64,000 nt of DNA from Octopus vulgaris (taxonomy: Eukaryota). Below, piece by piece: positions 13,507 through 27,664 of the stretch. Within the stretch, counting starts at the first letter, position 1, and every line of letters begins with the position of its first letter. A program made the position numbers and the translations under genes. The stretch lies in assembly GCA_951406725.2 (NCBI GenBank), contig OX597831.1, forward strand, positions 4,092,001-4,156,000, read 5' to 3'. The notes beneath the pieces are model-generated. The model had not been told where the DNA came from, did no database searches, and was given only the letters and a program-made list of their open reading frames with translations.

Positions 13507-14001
13507 CAGTCAATCCTTCAATTATTGCAGGTGTTACGTTCCAAAACGTCCGCAATAGGTGATAATCCGCGTTGGAAAAACAGTACTGTACTGTATATTT
13601 AAAAAAAAATTTTATAATTTGTATATATTCATTTTATTATAAATGCAAAACAACACCACACTCTCGCCTCCTGAGTTTCGTTTTCCACACAGCATGTCCG
13701 ATACTTTGTTTATTCAGCTACGGTACAGTACGTATTTTCTTTTAAGATATTTTAATAAATGTTTTTATACAGCGCAGTACTGTCATGTACTTTTATTTAT
13801 CAATTTATTAATTTTTAGGCGTGAAAATGCTTATTTTACCATAGAAATAATTAAAATCTAAAAAGATACAAATATCTATCGGTTGCAGTAACCTGCGATA
13901 TACTGAGGAGAACACGATATAAATCTGCATATATTAGCCAGAAAAATCTGCGATGTACTGAGGGCGCGATAGCTGAACAGCGATATGGCGGGTGATTACT
14001 G
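13507..14001. mobile_element. Tigger/pogo-like MITE
   Basis: Ends CAGTCAATCC... and ...CGATATGGCGGGTGATTACTG|TA; imperfect CAGT-starting TIRs, TA at the right flank. Confidence 0.55.
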
Positions 14002-14100
14002 TATATATATATATATTTGGATCAAAACAGTTTGATTTAAATTCGTTGGTACTTTTGATATATTCAGCTAATTACAGAAAAAAAAACAAACCATTCGGAC

Positions 14101-14188
14101 GTAAGTGTCTTCTACTATAATCTCAGGCCGATCAAAGCCTTGTGAGTGGATTTGGTAGACAGTACGAGTAATTGAAATAAGCCTGTCC

Positions 14189-14232
<44 letters not shown>

Positions 14233-14357
14233 GGATAAAATTTTTATTTTTTCTAAAAAAAATTTTATCAATGGCCAGCATATTAAAAATTACTTTTAAA
14301 GGTTAAAATTATAAACAACTTACAAATAAGGGCAAACGAAAAAAATTTTAATGCCAA

Positions 14358-14407
<50 letters not shown>

Positions 14408-14600
14408 CTCCCTACCATCACTTGACAACCGATGGTGGTGTGTTTACGTCCCCGTAACTTAGCGGTTCGGCAAAAAGGATTCGATAGAATAAGTACTAGG
14501 CTTGCAAAAAGTAAATCCTTCGGTCGATTTGTCCGACAAAAGGCAGTGCTCCGGCATGGCCGCAGTCAAATGACTGGAACAAGTAAAGGAATAAAAGGAT
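14101..14600 (+). mobile_element. SINE family A, 5'-truncated, with ~130-bp insertion in its (TA)n
   Basis: Family A body split by an AT-rich insert at 14230-14358 with (TA)n on both sides. Confidence 0.8.
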
Positions 14601-14792
14601 ATATTTTACTTTAATATCAGAGGGGAAAGCGGTAAAACAAGATAAAGTTTGTCACCAAACGAAAGCAGTTTATCTCACACCACTACAATGAATGCATATT
14701 TTATTAGAAGCCTAAACTTGTCTCTGTTACTTCAACTATTTCATTTCATATATATGCCTTAACAATGACGAATATATATATATATATTCGTC

Positions 14793-14827
<35 letters not shown>

Positions 14828-14830
<3 letters not shown>

Positions 14831-14991
14831 TTCCGTTCTCTGGATCTTTCCTTCTCCTATGTTTCCGACGAAGAGCTCCGCTCGAAACGTTAAACCCTCC
14901 TCCTTCCCTTCTTTCCTGAGCGTCCAATAATACTATATTTGTTCCACGTCCTCGCGTTGTTGTGTTTTTTTGTGTTTTCTTGTTTGGATTA

Positions 14992-14995
<4 letters not shown>
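14828..14995 (+). mobile_element. (TA)n-embedded PLE-like mini-element with minimal hammerhead (14861-14895, CCGA core)
   Basis: GUUU-CCGACGA-A-GAGC(ucc)GCUC-GAAA-CG-UU-AAAC; homologous copies at 28380-28580 and 41912-42060. Confidence 0.75.
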
Positions 14996-15060
<65 letters not shown>

Positions 15061-15174
15061 GTGTGTATATATATGTATATATATATATGTGTATATATAT
15101 ATATATATATATGTGTGTGTATATATATATATATGTATATATATATGTATATATATATATATGTATATATATAG

Positions 15175-15269
<95 letters not shown>

Positions 15270-15271
<2 letters not shown>

Positions 15272-15710
15272 CACGGTCACTGCCACATCGATATTCCTCC
15301 CTCTGCCGTAAGGCTTCCTTTCCACAGACGCTAGCTGAATTAAATTCGTCCCCAGTCGAAAGACGCCAGTTGTTATGTCCTGTTATTATTATAATTATTG
15401 TCTTTTTATTGTATTTTTGTATTTATATTCGTGTAACATCGTCAGTTTTTCCGTCTTTGTTTCGTAAACATTCGATGCTTTTTTTTCCAAGGAATTTAAT
15501 GCGCTTAGCTTAGTTTCTCCTTGGGGCTGGCCAGATTGGAGCAATCTCAAAATTAATCAGCCGAAATTGCGAGGATGATCCAGTTCTTGACTGAAGATAA
15601 AAGGCTCCGAATGACTCGTCCGTGTTTTTTGTATTGTCTATCTGGATGTTTTGCTGTCCCTTTTTGTATCACCTAGTTGTCCGGATGTTTTGCGTTCTCG
15701 TCCCATTTTG

Positions 15711-15712
<2 letters not shown>
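15270..15712 (+). mobile_element. (TA)n-embedded repeat related to 27665-27996
   Basis: CCTTGGGG...CTTGACTGAAGA...CGAATGACTCGTCC...CCATTTT matches the minus strand of 27665-27870; TA repeats on both flanks. Confidence 0.55.
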
Positions 15713-15776
<64 letters not shown>

Positions 15777-15778
<2 letters not shown>

Positions 15779-16188
15779 TCTTTTACTCTTTACTCTTTTA
15801 CTTGTTTCAGTCCTTTGACTGCGGCCATGCTGGAGCACCGCCTTTAGTCGAGCAAATCGACCCCGGGACTTATTCTTTGTAAGCCCAGTACTTATTCTAT
15901 CGGTCTCTTTTGCCGAACCGCTAAGTAACGGAGGACATAAACACACCAGCATCGGTTGTCAAGCAATGCTAGGGGGACAAACACAGACACACAAACACAC
16001 ACACACACATATATATATATATACATATATACGACAGGCTTCTTTCAGTTTCCGTCACCAAATCCACTCACAAGGCTTTGGTCGGCCCGAGGCTATAGCA
16101 GAAGACACTTGCCCAAGATGCCACGCAGTGGGACTGAACCCGGAACCATGTGGTTGGTTAGCAAGCTACTTACCACACAGCCACTCCT
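15777..16188 (-). mobile_element. SINE family A
   Basis: Reverse complement of 3635-4056. Confidence 0.9.
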
Positions 16189-16202
16189 TATACATACATA
16201 CA

Positions 16203-16234
<32 letters not shown>

Positions 16235-16561
16235 CATATATATATATACACACACATACATATATATATGCATATAGGTATGCACGGCAGCAACACACAT
16301 ATACAACACATTCACACGCACACACTCATACACGCTCGCCCACGCACCCATACACCTGGACTCCTAAAACTATCTGGTCTATCTACCGTCTTAAAAAAAT
16401 TACAATGCGTTCGATAATATACTTTAAGACTGCGGTTTTAAAAAATGCGATCAAATCTGTTTCCAGTTATACGTTTAACGTCTGTAACGTAATGAAGCGT
16501 GTTCTGAATTATGAAATTAACAGCGATAAAATAAAAACTGATACACACACACACACAAATA

Positions 16562-16605
<44 letters not shown>

Positions 16606-16788
16606 GCACACATATATATACACATATATAAATATATGCATATGTATGTATATATACATATGTGTGTGTGTGCGCGCACATATCTATCTATCTGTACATA
16701 TAAGTGTGCTTATGTGTGTATGTGTGTACGTATATGTGTATATATATATATATATATATGTACATTTTTGTGTATATGTATGTGTGTA

Positions 16789-16841
<53 letters not shown>

Positions 16842-17699
16842 ACGTATGTGTGTATATGTATATGTACGTATACTTATGTGTGGATGTGTATATATGTATG
16901 CATGTGTGTGTATATATATGTATGTGTATGTGTGTGTATATATATATATATATGGTTTTGCGTATGCATGTATGTATGTATGTGCGTATGTATGTATATA
17001 CATCAATATGTGTGTGAGTTTATATGTATATATGTAATATTAGTATCTGATGGGTAGTGTTATTCATATCGTAGAAGAAAAGAAGGTGGCTAGCTGGGCA
17101 GACAGATTGGCTCATCAGACAAAATGCTTAGTTTCATTTCTTCCGGCTCTTTACGTTCCGAGTTCAAATTTCGCCGAGATCAACTTAGCCTTTCATATCT
17201 TCGCTGCTGGCCTTTCTCTTCAACGTTGCTGGGCTCTAACCAGCGCCCCGCTCAGCGGAATTTTGTGGTCCGTTCGGGGGATTTTGTGGTTCCTTTCAGC
17301 GGGGATTGCTGTGGTCTCGATCACTTATACGTCATGGAAAGTAGGTTACCGGGCTTAGAACTCGAAAAAAGAAAACACAATAAAAATTCATTTTAGTATA
17401 TGGAGAGACGAAGGGTAGCACCTCGCCTTTTGTCATGTGGGGCATCTGAGACAGGTAGAAAGAAACGAAAGAAATTATACATATATCGCTGAATTTGTCG
17501 AATGCTTTCAACTAAGTGGATTCCACTAAAGCTACTAAAGCTACTAAAGATCCATGAGGTGGGTGTCAAACCGGACGACGGATTACCTCTGTTATCCAAC
17601 AAAAGAAACGGTTTTCTTCTACCATTGTTAGTTCACAAGGATATGATAGACTAAAAATACGCTTGTTTGTAATAACTCGCAGTGAGACTGAACTCTTAA

Positions 17700-18080
17700 C
17701 TCTTCTTCTTCTTCTTCTTCTTCTTCCAATCAGGACTCACGCCATTAGCCACAAAGAATAATCTCTAATTCGAGCCTACTCTATGCTACTTATAATGCGT
17801 GTGGCAACTTAAGATCCACTCACCACACGCGATAGACTGGCGTTTGTACGGGCGCGAAAGCTACGTTGTTATCCTCATTCCGTAAACGGTGGCTTTTAAC
17901 GGGTGGAGAACTGAACCATCCTGGGGTACAGAGGATTCGCAATCTAGATTAGGGTCTGAAAATTTACCACACCATAATGGGTTACACCATGGTTCTTCTG
18001 CTTTGTGGTAGGAAGAAAGAGTGAGAGAAAGTTGTGGTGAAAGAGTATAGCGGGGTTCACCCCCTCCCGACGGAGCCCCT
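17700..18080 (-). mobile_element. SINE H2(partial)+T4 with (GAA)n tail
   Basis: Homologous to 8059-8450. Confidence 0.82.
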
Positions 18081-18154
18081 GCTGTTGCATAATTGCTTTT
18101 GTGGCACATTTGTGTTTTTCATTTACACGTAATATCTTTTGTATTAAATGCACA

Positions 18155-18930
18155 AGGTCTGAAACTTTGCGGGAGGGGTCTAGTGGTTGTCTAGTATTGA
18201 TTTCATCGACGCCGAGCGAATGAAAGACAAAGTAATCTCGGTGAATTTGAACTCAGAACGTAAGCATTTAATCCGACGTGCTAACGATTCTAACAGCTCA
18301 TCGCCTTAACTTTTATTTGTAATATGGTTTCAAATTTTGACACAAGGCCAGTAATTTTAGGGCAAGGGGAAAGTCGATATCATCGGCCTCAGTGATCAAC
18401 TGGTACGTATTTTATCGATGTAAAGACAGACGCAAAGAAAGACGAAATGCCGCTAAGTACTTTGTCCAGTGTGCTAACGATTCCACCAGTTCGTCGCCTC
18501 ATCTTTTACTTGTAATATCCATTCTACCATAATTTCGCCGGGATCGACTTTGCCTTTCATCCTTTCCAGGTTGATTAAATAAGTAGCACTCGAACGCTAA
18601 AGTCAATTTAATCGACTTAGCCCCTCCCCCCAACCTGCTGGCCTCGTGCCAAAATTTGAAACCAATATCATTTCTTCTATAGGAACAAGGTCTGAAATAA
18701 ATTCGGCGGTGGGATCTAATCAATTTCATCAATCCCGAAAGCGAGCTGGATGAATTGTTAAAGCGTTCGAAAAATTACCTAGTGGTATTACTTCCAACTC
18801 ATTACGCCTGAGTACATAATCCGCTGGGGTCAGCTTCGCTTTCATCCCTCCGGCTTAACAGAATAAAGATAAAGTACCAGTAAAGTATTGGGAGCGATGG
18901 GACCTTTTACCTTCAAATTGCTGAGCCTTT
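18155..18930. mobile_element. Cluster of diverged family C SINEs in both orientations
   Basis: Repeated GAATTTGAACTCAGAACG, CAAATTTTGGCACAAGGCCAG and GCCTTTCATCC motifs. Confidence 0.7.
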
Positions 18931-19043
18931 ACCTTCAAATTGCTGAGCCTTTACCTAAATCGGAAAATGATATTTAGCTTTGAATCGAACGCTGATCAGA
19001 ATAATTCAGTTTCTGGATATATGTATCTATGTATATCGAGGAA

Positions 19044-19883
19044 TCTATATTATAAAGCTGAAGTTGTCTGTGTGTGTGTGAGGTTTGGTAGCCTTCAACT
19101 AACACTATCTTCTCCGAGACCCTGCGGCGCAAGTTGACCAAAATTGAGAGTATGATAGAAGAAGGCTTGCTCTTCATTCTGTAGAAGAAAAAAAATTCAA
19201 ATCGGATCATGTTAAGACCAAAAATTATTTACATCAAAAAGGTGCTATTTTTCTATGAAAATCCCTATTTTTTACGACTTTTTGACTGCTGTGTCGCCAT
19301 TTTTCGGTGTATTTCAACCAGAAAAAGTGCGATTTGCATGCTGTTACTATCTACGATGTTCAAGTCAAACCTTCAATGGGTATGTTTTGATTTTACAGAT
19401 ATTCTTTTAGTTATACGTGATGTAAAATAATTGATTTTATTCATTTTACAGGTACAACCACGATTCATGTTGCCCACCCGTTTGGCTTCAAAATAACATT
19501 TTTTTGTTTTTTTTGTAACCACAAACTGTTCTTGCTAACGTTTTGGATTTTCCTGTACTTTTTCTTAATGAATACTGTTGCAGTGTTAACTTCTTAATAG
19601 ATTTTCAGTGCATTTCGAAACTTGAGCTTCACTTTGCTTTAAATCTACGGGTAATTTTTTTTCTCCATAATGTTAATAGAAGGAATATTAACCAGCAATA
19701 CCAACAATTGAAGTCGGCATTACACATTTGCAGCACATTCAGAGCAAACTCGAGCATCACCACACTATACTTTTATTCATAGATTGAAACTATATCAAAA
19801 CTTTGTTAACGCGACATCAAAGTCTGCCGTTTTAAGCGCAACTATAAAAATCAAAATCGAGCAACGCCGGGCTATACTGCTAG
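19044..19883 (+). mobile_element. Non-autonomous Helitron
   Basis: A|TC 5' end (19044), subterminal hairpin CGAGCAACGCCGG and CTAG|T 3' end (19880-19883), no TSD: canonical Helitron termini in an AT target. Confidence 0.85.
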
Positions 19884-20525
19884 TATTTAATACAATGTGT
19901 CCCCCAACCCTTTTTTAAAGATGAAAATGTGATTGTAGGGAGATTTGGTTGCTATGTATCGTTGCCGACCTACTTTGCTGATTGTAAGAGTGTATTCTCT
20001 GTTAAATGGTTAATGGATGAAATGCCCAGTTCTATACATTTTAGATCTTCTTGTGGTGAAGTTCATGGAACCATGACCATCGTTATAAAACAACGTGGAA
20101 GGTAACAAATGTTTACTTTCATTAGTGGTAACCATCAAACCGAAAATAGATGTTTACTCTGTTTTATCTAATTACTTTAAAGATAATAAAAATACAAGCG
20201 ACACAAAACTCTAACACACATCGATAAAGAGAGAAAAGCCTGCACACATAAATCTTGGCAAAAATCGAAGTGGAGAAACGAGATTAGGATGAAAGAGAGG
20301 AATAAAAATAGAAACGAAACATTTTAACAAATTTTTAAAAAAGAGAAAATATCACGTGACGATTGTAATTAAATTATAACAAGAAACTCTTGATTTCTTC
20401 GATTATTTTTTTTTTTCTTTTGTATTGTTTTATGAATCAACAATATTACCGGTGATCCATTTTTATTTTTGTCAGTGCGCTCGAGCTCGTGTGTGTGTGT
20501 GTGTGTGTGTGCGTGTGTGTGTGTA

Positions 20526-20556
<31 letters not shown>

Positions 20557-20713
20557 TAAAGAGAGAGTGGATGTATACAGGAAGAGAGGGAAAGAGAGCA
20601 TAGCAATGTTATCGCAAATTCACACATGTACACACAAAGACACACACGAATATGCATATATATACAAACACACAAACATACATACATGTATGCGCATATA
20701 CATACGTACATAC

Positions 20714-20829
<116 letters not shown>

Positions 20830-21582
20830 CTATTTTTCTATCTATATGTATATATGTTTGCATGTATATTTATGCACATCTATATATGCGAACGCGTTTG
20901 TGTGTGTAATCAAATAGATATATTTATGTATATTTATCTCTGAATGAAAGCTCGTTATGACGAGCTTATAATACTTTAACAGCCAACAAAAGAAATCCCA
21001 CAACCACCACCACCACCACCACCACCAACAACAACAACAAACACAACAATTTTTGTTGCATGTTCCTCCTCGTTATAAAGAATCATCCCGTTGCTCTCTT
21101 AGCACGCACAAAAGAAAGCAATCAGTTACACGTGGTTAGCTTTTTGAGTTCTGAAGGGTTCTACTAAATCGTGCCATTTGTTAAGCAATGTGTTACATTT
21201 TTTTTTTTTTTTTTTGAGATTTGCAAGCAACTTGCTTCTCAAGCGTTCAGAGCTCTAATGACTGGACGCCAGTAGGTTTCAGGGGTCACCATTAAAGAAA
21301 TCGTACGACTTTGGGACCTTCCTCTCGATGGCTTCTGGCTGACTAGTTTTTGACCTTAAGTCCTTCATTCGAGATCGGCAACACCTTTTAAATTAGGGCG
21401 TCAAGTACGGGTGTCTGATTTGCTTCATAGGTCTGACATGCTTCACACCTAATTATTTTTTTCTAACTAAGCCTCATCATACTTTTTCAGCCATATTCAG
21501 ATTGTGTCTTTTGTCAAGCAATTTTTTAATTTCTTAGTATATAGTAATTATTAAAAATAAATCTTTCATTACTTGTCCGCAA

Positions 21583-21838
21583 CTGGTACTTATTTTATCG
21601 ACCCAGAAAGGACGAAAGGCAAAGTCGACCCCGACGGAATTTGAACCCAGAACGTAAAGACGGACGAAATACTGCAAAGCATTTTGCTCACCGTCTTAAC
21701 GAATCTAAATGGTTTCAAATTTTGGCACATTGCCAGCAATTTCGGAGTAGGGGATAAGTCGATTACATCGACCCCAGTATTTAACTGGTACTTATTTTAT
21801 CGATCCCAAAAGGATGAAAGGCAAAGTCGACCCTGACA
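21583..21838 (-). mobile_element. Two family C SINE fragments
   Basis: CTGGTACTTATTTTATCGA..AAAGGATGAAAGGCAAAGTCGACC occurs twice. Confidence 0.75.
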
Positions 21839-21924
21839 GCACTGATACGAGTCCAAAAACCATAAAGGAAAGCAGGAGGATCAGGCAGGTGAGGCTGCTC
21901 ACCAACCACGGTCCGGGTCCATCC

Positions 21925-22128
<204 letters not shown>

Positions 22129-22130
22129 GG

Positions 22131-22606
<476 letters not shown>

Positions 22607-23357
22607 AGCAAAGAAGCGTGCAATCATTGGGACTTGTACTATCAACTGTAAAAAAAAAACTATAATGAATTAATTCGACAAAATATAAGCAGCCATATTG
22701 AATTAAAAGGAACGTAACGCTTCTGAATTAATACGGACATGCAGTGAAGTCATGGAAAAGGCGGCGAATTACTAAGTATTTAGGAGGATAATACGCCACT
22801 TGTCATTCTCCTCGTCATTCTCTAACGAAAAGATGTTAAACTTATTTAAACCAATGTTTCTCCATCACTTTTCGCATATGCTCCCCGCCAAACACTTAGA
22901 AACTTACTAACAACCCACACCACCACTCTAGTTCTACCCTTATGTAATAAAGGTAGTTGTTGTAATTGATTTTAAAATGAATCTAGACAATTTAATTATA
23001 TAGACAGTTTAATCATAATGACAATGCTGTTATTAAAGTGAATAAAAAAAAAAGGAATAATTATGATGACGTACATTATTTATTAATTAATATCATTAAA
23101 ATAAGAATAATTAAACCAACACGTCATTTATTAATGTGGTTCCTGTGGTTGATGACCAGCTGCAAGTTTTGCAATATTTGCTTCCAAAGTTTCATAAAAG
23201 GAGTTGAAGATCCCAATGTTGCACTGCTTACGTCCGTTCTCTGCTTTCGGACGCGGCTCGATTTGTTGCCATAAAATCTTTTCTCGCTATAAAGGAGAAC
23301 AGAAAGGTGAAAAATAACTATATTTGAATATGGTATACGTAATTGAGGCAGTATTAA

Positions 23358-23667
23358 CCCCTTACCCGGCAGAAACGAATATATGCGTTTTGACCGAAAT
23401 CGTTTATTTTTCCATTTCTGGTGAGTTAACTCGTCAAAAGATAGACTCGCCAAAATCGACAGCAAACGAGTTCCTTCGTCTAAAAACGGGTTAACTCGTT
23501 TCTGCCCAAAGCAGTAATTTAAAATCAATATTATTGAATTAAAATTCATAATAAATAAGGTTTGAAATATACCTCGAAATCACCATTCAAAACATAGTAA
23601 AATAAAACAATTAAAAAATATGTCTGAAAAAATACATTTATTTTCAAAATAATTGTTGGGTAAGGGG
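23358..23667. mobile_element. piggyBac-type MITE
   Basis: TTAA|CCCCTTACCC ... GGGTAAGGGG|TTAA: perfect 10-bp TIR and TTAA TSD. Confidence 0.85.
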
Positions 23668-23874
23668 TTAAAGTAGTCACGTAGGTATCTTACTTAATGT
23701 AAGTACTCTGTTGACAGGCCAGTTTACCGTAGTATTTTCTCGTGGTACCATTTCTTATGGATATGCTGTGTTAAAACACCAATAACCATAGGCGAAAGAC
23801 GAAAAACGCGCGCCATTGAAAAGGCTACAAAACGCTGAAATGCATCTGGAGTTCTTACGAGCCACTGCTGGATT

Positions 23875-24249
23875 GCGTCCCCAAAGTCCATCCCCTCCTC
23901 GCCGTGGTGGGGACGCTGGCAACGTGTAGTGTCAGAGCTATGCCGTCGGGAACTTCGGTTCCTGGTAGGGCCACCCAAGGCGGAATGGTCTGACACCGAG
24001 TGGTATTAGGGCCACAACCCGGCAGACGGGGCTCTGGTGAAAATCCTCGGAGTGTCTGTTTCGCCAACCGGCGGTTCCTCGGTTGTTCTGTCCCTGTGTC
24101 TGCGGACAATCTGCGGCAAACAGGATGTCTTTACATGCGGGTTTGGGGACCGCTTGTGAAATCCACATATTTCCACGAAACTTCTTCCATGAGTAGAAGA
24201 AGCCGACTCAACCCGCCCAGGGTGAATGGCGCTACAAGTACAAGTAAGT
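23875..24249 (+). mobile_element. Non-autonomous RTE-like retroelement beginning with an HDV-like ribozyme fold
   Basis: Direct repeat ACTGCTGGATTGC at 23864-23876 and 24250-24262; (C)AAGTA short-repeat tail; RTE 5'UTR-like CCTGGTAGGGCCACCC motif; P1 GCGUCCC/GGGACGC and L3 UCCUCGCCGU. Confidence 0.7.
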
Positions 24250-24379
24250 ACTGCTGGATTGCTGGGTCGAATTTTCTTCTCCCTCCAATATTTATTGTGT
24301 CTTTAGCACAGCACAACTGTAACGGATGTTATCTTAGGACAAATAGCACAATAACTGGCCTATTAACAGTGTATATACA

Positions 24380-25720
24380 TTAAGTATGATACTTAAATGG
24401 CTTTTATAATTATGCTTCATTCCACAATGTAGGATACTACACACTGCATTGCAACCACTTTTCATACAAGCGTTGAAATTCAAATACCTCTTTTAACTTC
24501 ATACTTTGGAGAACTAATGATGGCCATCTGTAAACCAATTTTTTGTTCTATATTGCGCACAAATGAACATTTTATCAATGCAGAAACCTTTCATTTAATC
24601 AAGTCAATAAATCTTGTCTCAAAAACGTCAATTGTTATAAATATACGCAACAAGTCCTCAAATTTTCATCTATAAATAATTGCGGAAGTCTTTCATGGAT
24701 TGAAACTACCTTTTGCCAAGGTTTCACTTGTTAAATTTAATTTTACTTATAAAATAGCTAACTGCATTCTTTGTGTGTATTAGATTAAAATTGTTCCTTT
24801 CCATTTACAAACTCAGTTTGTTCGTCTTGCCATAAATACCTGGCAAAGAAGCCGCATCTCTGTGAATAAAAACAGTGTGTTTTGCTTATTAGATAACATA
24901 ATTCATAAACATAGGCGCAGGAGTGGCTGTGTGGTAAGTAGCTTGCTAACCAACCACATGGTTCCGGGTTCAGTCCCACTGCGTGGCATCTTGGGCAAGT
25001 GTCTTCTGCTATAACCCCGGGCCGACCAATGCCTTGTGAGTGGATTTGGTAGACGGAAACTGAAAGAAGCATGTCGTATATATGTGTATATATATGTATG
25101 TGTGTTTGTTTGTGTGTCTGTGTTTGTCCCCCTAGCATTGCTTGACAACCGATGCTGGTGTGTTTATGTCCCCGTTACTTAGCGGTTCGGCAAAAGAGAC
25201 CGATAGCATAAGTACTGGGCTTACAAAAAAAGAATAAGTCCCGGGGTCGAGTCGCTCGACTAAAGGCGGTGCTCCAGCATGGCCGCAGTCAAAGGACTGA
25301 AACAAGTAAAAGAGTAAAAGAGTAAAGAGAGATGTCACAATAGTGTTGTAAAATTGAAAGAAATACGATCGATTCAGAAGTGATCGAACTTCAGTGTCAA
25401 GAAATAGTGCACAAAATATATATTACTCTCTTCACAAAATCGACGGAGCACCCAGAGTTTTAATGTCCAAATTTTGATTTCGTTAAAAGTATTATTAAAG
25501 CTCGACTCCATAACAAACTGATCACCAAGCATTTTAACAATGTTTAGTGTTGCCAACAGTAAACAGCGAAGGAGTCGGGTCCTTGCTTTTTTCATATACA
25601 AAGCAAGACTATCTAGGCGAATTCTCATAGTTATCGTACGATACCATATTGATAAAAGGCAATATTTTTTTTTTTATTTCCGATGCAACTTTTCAAAACT
25701 CCATTTTTTTTTCTCCCATT
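24380..25720 (-). pseudogene. Highly decayed hAT-like transposase fragments (split by a SINE)
   Basis: Weak motif echoes only (FTDG-like segment at about 24515-24535, H/C-rich segment at about 24420-24460). Confidence 0.3.
24914..25329 (+). mobile_element. SINE family A full length
   Basis: GGCGCAGGAGTGGCTGTGTGG head, B-box GGTTCAGTCCC, (AAAAGAGT)n tail. Confidence 0.92.
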
Positions 25721-25754
25721 ATATACATGACTTACAGAAAAAAGATTTCTCATA

Positions 25755-25989
25755 TACTCTTTTACTCTTTTACTCTTTTACTCTTTACTCTTTTACTTGT
25801 TTTAGTCATTTGACTGCGGCCATGCTGGAGCACCGCCTTTAGTCGAGCAAATCGACCCCGGGACTTATTCTTTTGTAAGCCCAGTACTTATTCCATCGGT
25901 CTCTTTTGCCGAACCGCTAAGTGACGGGGACGTAAACAGACAAGCATCGGTTGTCAAGCAATGCTAGGGGGACAAACACAGACACACAA

Positions 25990-26026
<37 letters not shown>

Positions 26027-26193
26027 CACATATATACGACAGGCTTCTTTCAGTTTCCGTCTACCAAATCCACTCACAAGGCATTGGTCGGCCCGGGGCT
26101 ATAGCAGAAGACACTTGCCCAAGATTCCACGCAGTGGGACTGAACCCGGAACCATGTGGTTGGTTAGCAAGCTACTTACCACACTGCCACTCC
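25755..26193 (-). mobile_element. SINE family A full length, inverted relative to 24914-25329
   Basis: Reverse complement of family A. Confidence 0.92.
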
Positions 26194-26803
26194 AACAAAA
26201 TACGCATAAGTCATACCAATAAAGATTTATTGCCTCGGAACGATTGATTCTTCAACCGCAACTGATTGCCAACACCCTCATGCCATCGAGAGATTTTTTT
26301 TAAGAAAAATAGATTTTAGAATGTTTTGTACATATGTTAAGGACAATGGTAAGAATTTCAGAACATTAGATTTTCCCCAACAGTATGTGGTTTTCCACAT
26401 TTAGGTAGCTGGCAGAAACGTTAGCACACTGGGTGAAATGCTTCACAGCATTTCGTCTGCCGCTACGTACCCATGTCTGTCTTCTGTGTTTAGCCCCTTG
26501 TGAGTAATAAAGAAATAGGTATGATATGATATTCTGTATGAAGCAATGTGGAAACTATCGGGTTTTGGGTCACTCTTTAAGCCTATCTAGAGTAAGGCAT
26601 CTTCAAGATGTTTATGTAATCTTTTGTAACTGTAAATACATGAGGAGGATTCTTTGGGTGTTTTCTCAAGAAGTGTACTTCCATAGTTTCACTTAATAAA
26701 ATATTTTTCCGGAAAAGATATGCATGTCGTCGTTGAACCGAAGACATATACAACAGATTGTTAACATTATATTGTCTAACTTTGGTTTTATTTTATATAT
26801 GGT

Positions 26804-26821
26804 TTTCTTTCTTTCTTTCAT

Positions 26822-26853
<32 letters not shown>

Positions 26854-27230
26854 TTTTCTTTCTTTCTTTCTTTCTTTCGTTCTTTCTTTCCATCATTCCT
26901 TCCTCCACCACCACATCCACCTCCACCTCCTCCACCTCCTCCTCCTTCATCTCCTCCACCTTCTCCTCCCCCTCCTTCTCCTTCTCCTCCACCTTCTCCT
27001 CCACCTCATCCTCCTCTTCCTCCTCCACCTCCTTCACCACCACATCCTCATTCACCTCCTCCTCCTCCTCCACCTCCTTCTCCACAACCTCCTCCTCTAC
27101 CACCTCCTCCACCACCTCCTCCACCACCACCACCTCCTCCTCCACCTCCTCTTCTTCCCCTCCTTTCCTCCTCCTCCTCTGCTCCTCCCACTTCCCGCCA
27201 TCCCTTCACCTCTCCTTTCTTTTTCGTTTC
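26804..27230. repeat. (TTTC)n + (CCT/CCA)n polypyrimidine tract
   Basis: Direct inspection. Confidence 0.9.
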
Positions 27231-27313
27231 TAATCAAGAAAATAATTAAGACAAGTAATGGCTCAAGGCCTTAGTTTCCATGGTATGGTAGTGTGGTAAG
27301 AATAATGTGTGTG

Positions 27314-27367
<54 letters not shown>

Positions 27368-27664
27368 GTTGAGATTTACAGAAAGACAAAATACAAAGAC
27401 AGGTGTATAAACAACAAGCAAGTGTATTAGTTTGACGCTCTACACATCTCAACTACTAGCTGAACTTTCTACACCTCTCCTCACATACATACACACACAC
27501 ATATATATGTGCATGTATCTATCTATCTATCTATCTATCTAAATATATATATATATGTACGTGTGTATGTATGTATTTATGTATGCATGTGTGTATGTAT
27601 GTATATACACACACATATATACATACATGTCTATATATATGTGTGTGTATATATATTTATATAT

